This document shows positions 63,535 through 64,000 of a DNA stretch of 64,000 nt, piece by piece (position 1 is the stretch's first letter; each line of letters opens with the position of its first letter). The notes beneath the pieces are model-generated. The model did no database searches and was not told where the DNA came from. It saw only the letters and a program-made list of their open reading frames with translations. Position numbers and translations under genes: made by a program. Source of the DNA: an uncultured delta proteobacterium (lineage in GTDB: Bacteria > Myxococcota > Myxococcia > Myxococcales > Anaeromyxobacteraceae). The stretch is from assembly GCA_963828255.1 (NCBI GenBank), contig CAWHDZ010000040.1, positions 96,001 through 160,000 on the forward strand, in the 5' to 3' direction.

Positions 63535-64000
63535 ATGCGAAGCGACATCATCAAGAAGGGGTACGAGCGCGCTCCCCACCGAAGCCTGCTGCGCGCCACG
63601 GGTCTCGTGGACGCCGACTTCGACAAGCCGTTCATCGGCGTCTGCAACAGCCAGGTGGACATCATCCCCGGCCACATCCACCTGGCCGGCTACGGCCAGA
63701 TCGTCAAGGAGGAGATCCGCAAGGCCGGCGGCGTTCCCTTCGAGTTCCACACCATCGGCGTGGACGACGGGATCGCCATGGGGCACTCCGGGATGCTCTA
63801 CAGCCTGCCGTCCCGCGAGCTCATCGCCGACTCGGTCGAGACCATGATGAACGCCCACGCGCTCGACGCCATGGTCTGCATCCCCAACTGCGACAAGATC
63901 GTGCCGGGCATGCTCATGGGGGCGCTGCGCGTCGACGTGCCCACCGTCTTCGTCTCGGGTGGGGCCATGAAGGCGGGCAAGCTCGCCGACGGCACGGAGA
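63535..64000 (+). CDS. ilvD: Dihydroxy-acid dehydratase, 3' end outside window
   Basis: [56 protein letters not shown]. Confidence 0.95.
   Translation, partial: MRSDIIKKGYERAPHRSLLRATGLVDADFDKPFIGVCNSQVDIIPGHIHLAGYGQIVKEEIRKAGGVPFEFHTIGVDDGIAMGHSGMLYSLPSRELIADSVETMMNAHALDAMVCIPNCDKIVPGMLMGALRVDVPTVFVSGGAMKAGKLADGTE

Overview
Very GC-rich bacterial DNA, most likely from an Anaeromyxobacter-like Myxococcota. This is inferred from the TIGR04563-type small RHH protein, the spdEFG2-like EF-G paralog and the codon usage. The window has two parts. (1) About 1-14,570 is an accessory, decaying region. It holds a HAD hydrolase/arylsulfatase/outer-membrane protein cluster and a dense toxin-antitoxin cluster (mazEF, DUF433-DUF5615, DUF1778-like/PIN). 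Two of the TA blocks occur twice in permuted order and have decayed reciprocally. Two displaced 3' fragments of an initiator tRNA-Met (att-like scars, each followed by a terminator) bracket a GT87 glycosyltransferase. Then come a second HAD, a 2H phosphoesterase, a REC-GGDEF cyclase and deletion remnants of a CheB(R)/PAS-kinase locus, which abut a truncated glgC. No integrase lies in the window. (2) About 14,995-64,000 is mostly housekeeping: esterase, PlsB-like acyltransferase, two ABC-F ATPases, a hybrid kinase, fadN-fadA-fadE, a lipoprotein-resB-ccsA cytochrome c maturation operon, prfC, CDF transporter, DAHP synthase, gloA, glnS-YqeY, a DTW protein, FKBP, a histone-like protein, fumarase, leuC-leuD-cimA-leuB, pepF, csp, a divergent EF-G, an EF-hand membrane protein, thiD, aguA/aguB, a 2OG-Fe(II) oxygenase and the start of ilvD. 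Two genes carry -1 frameshifts in short G/C runs that may be sequencing errors. All family assignments come from motif recognition by eye, not database searches.
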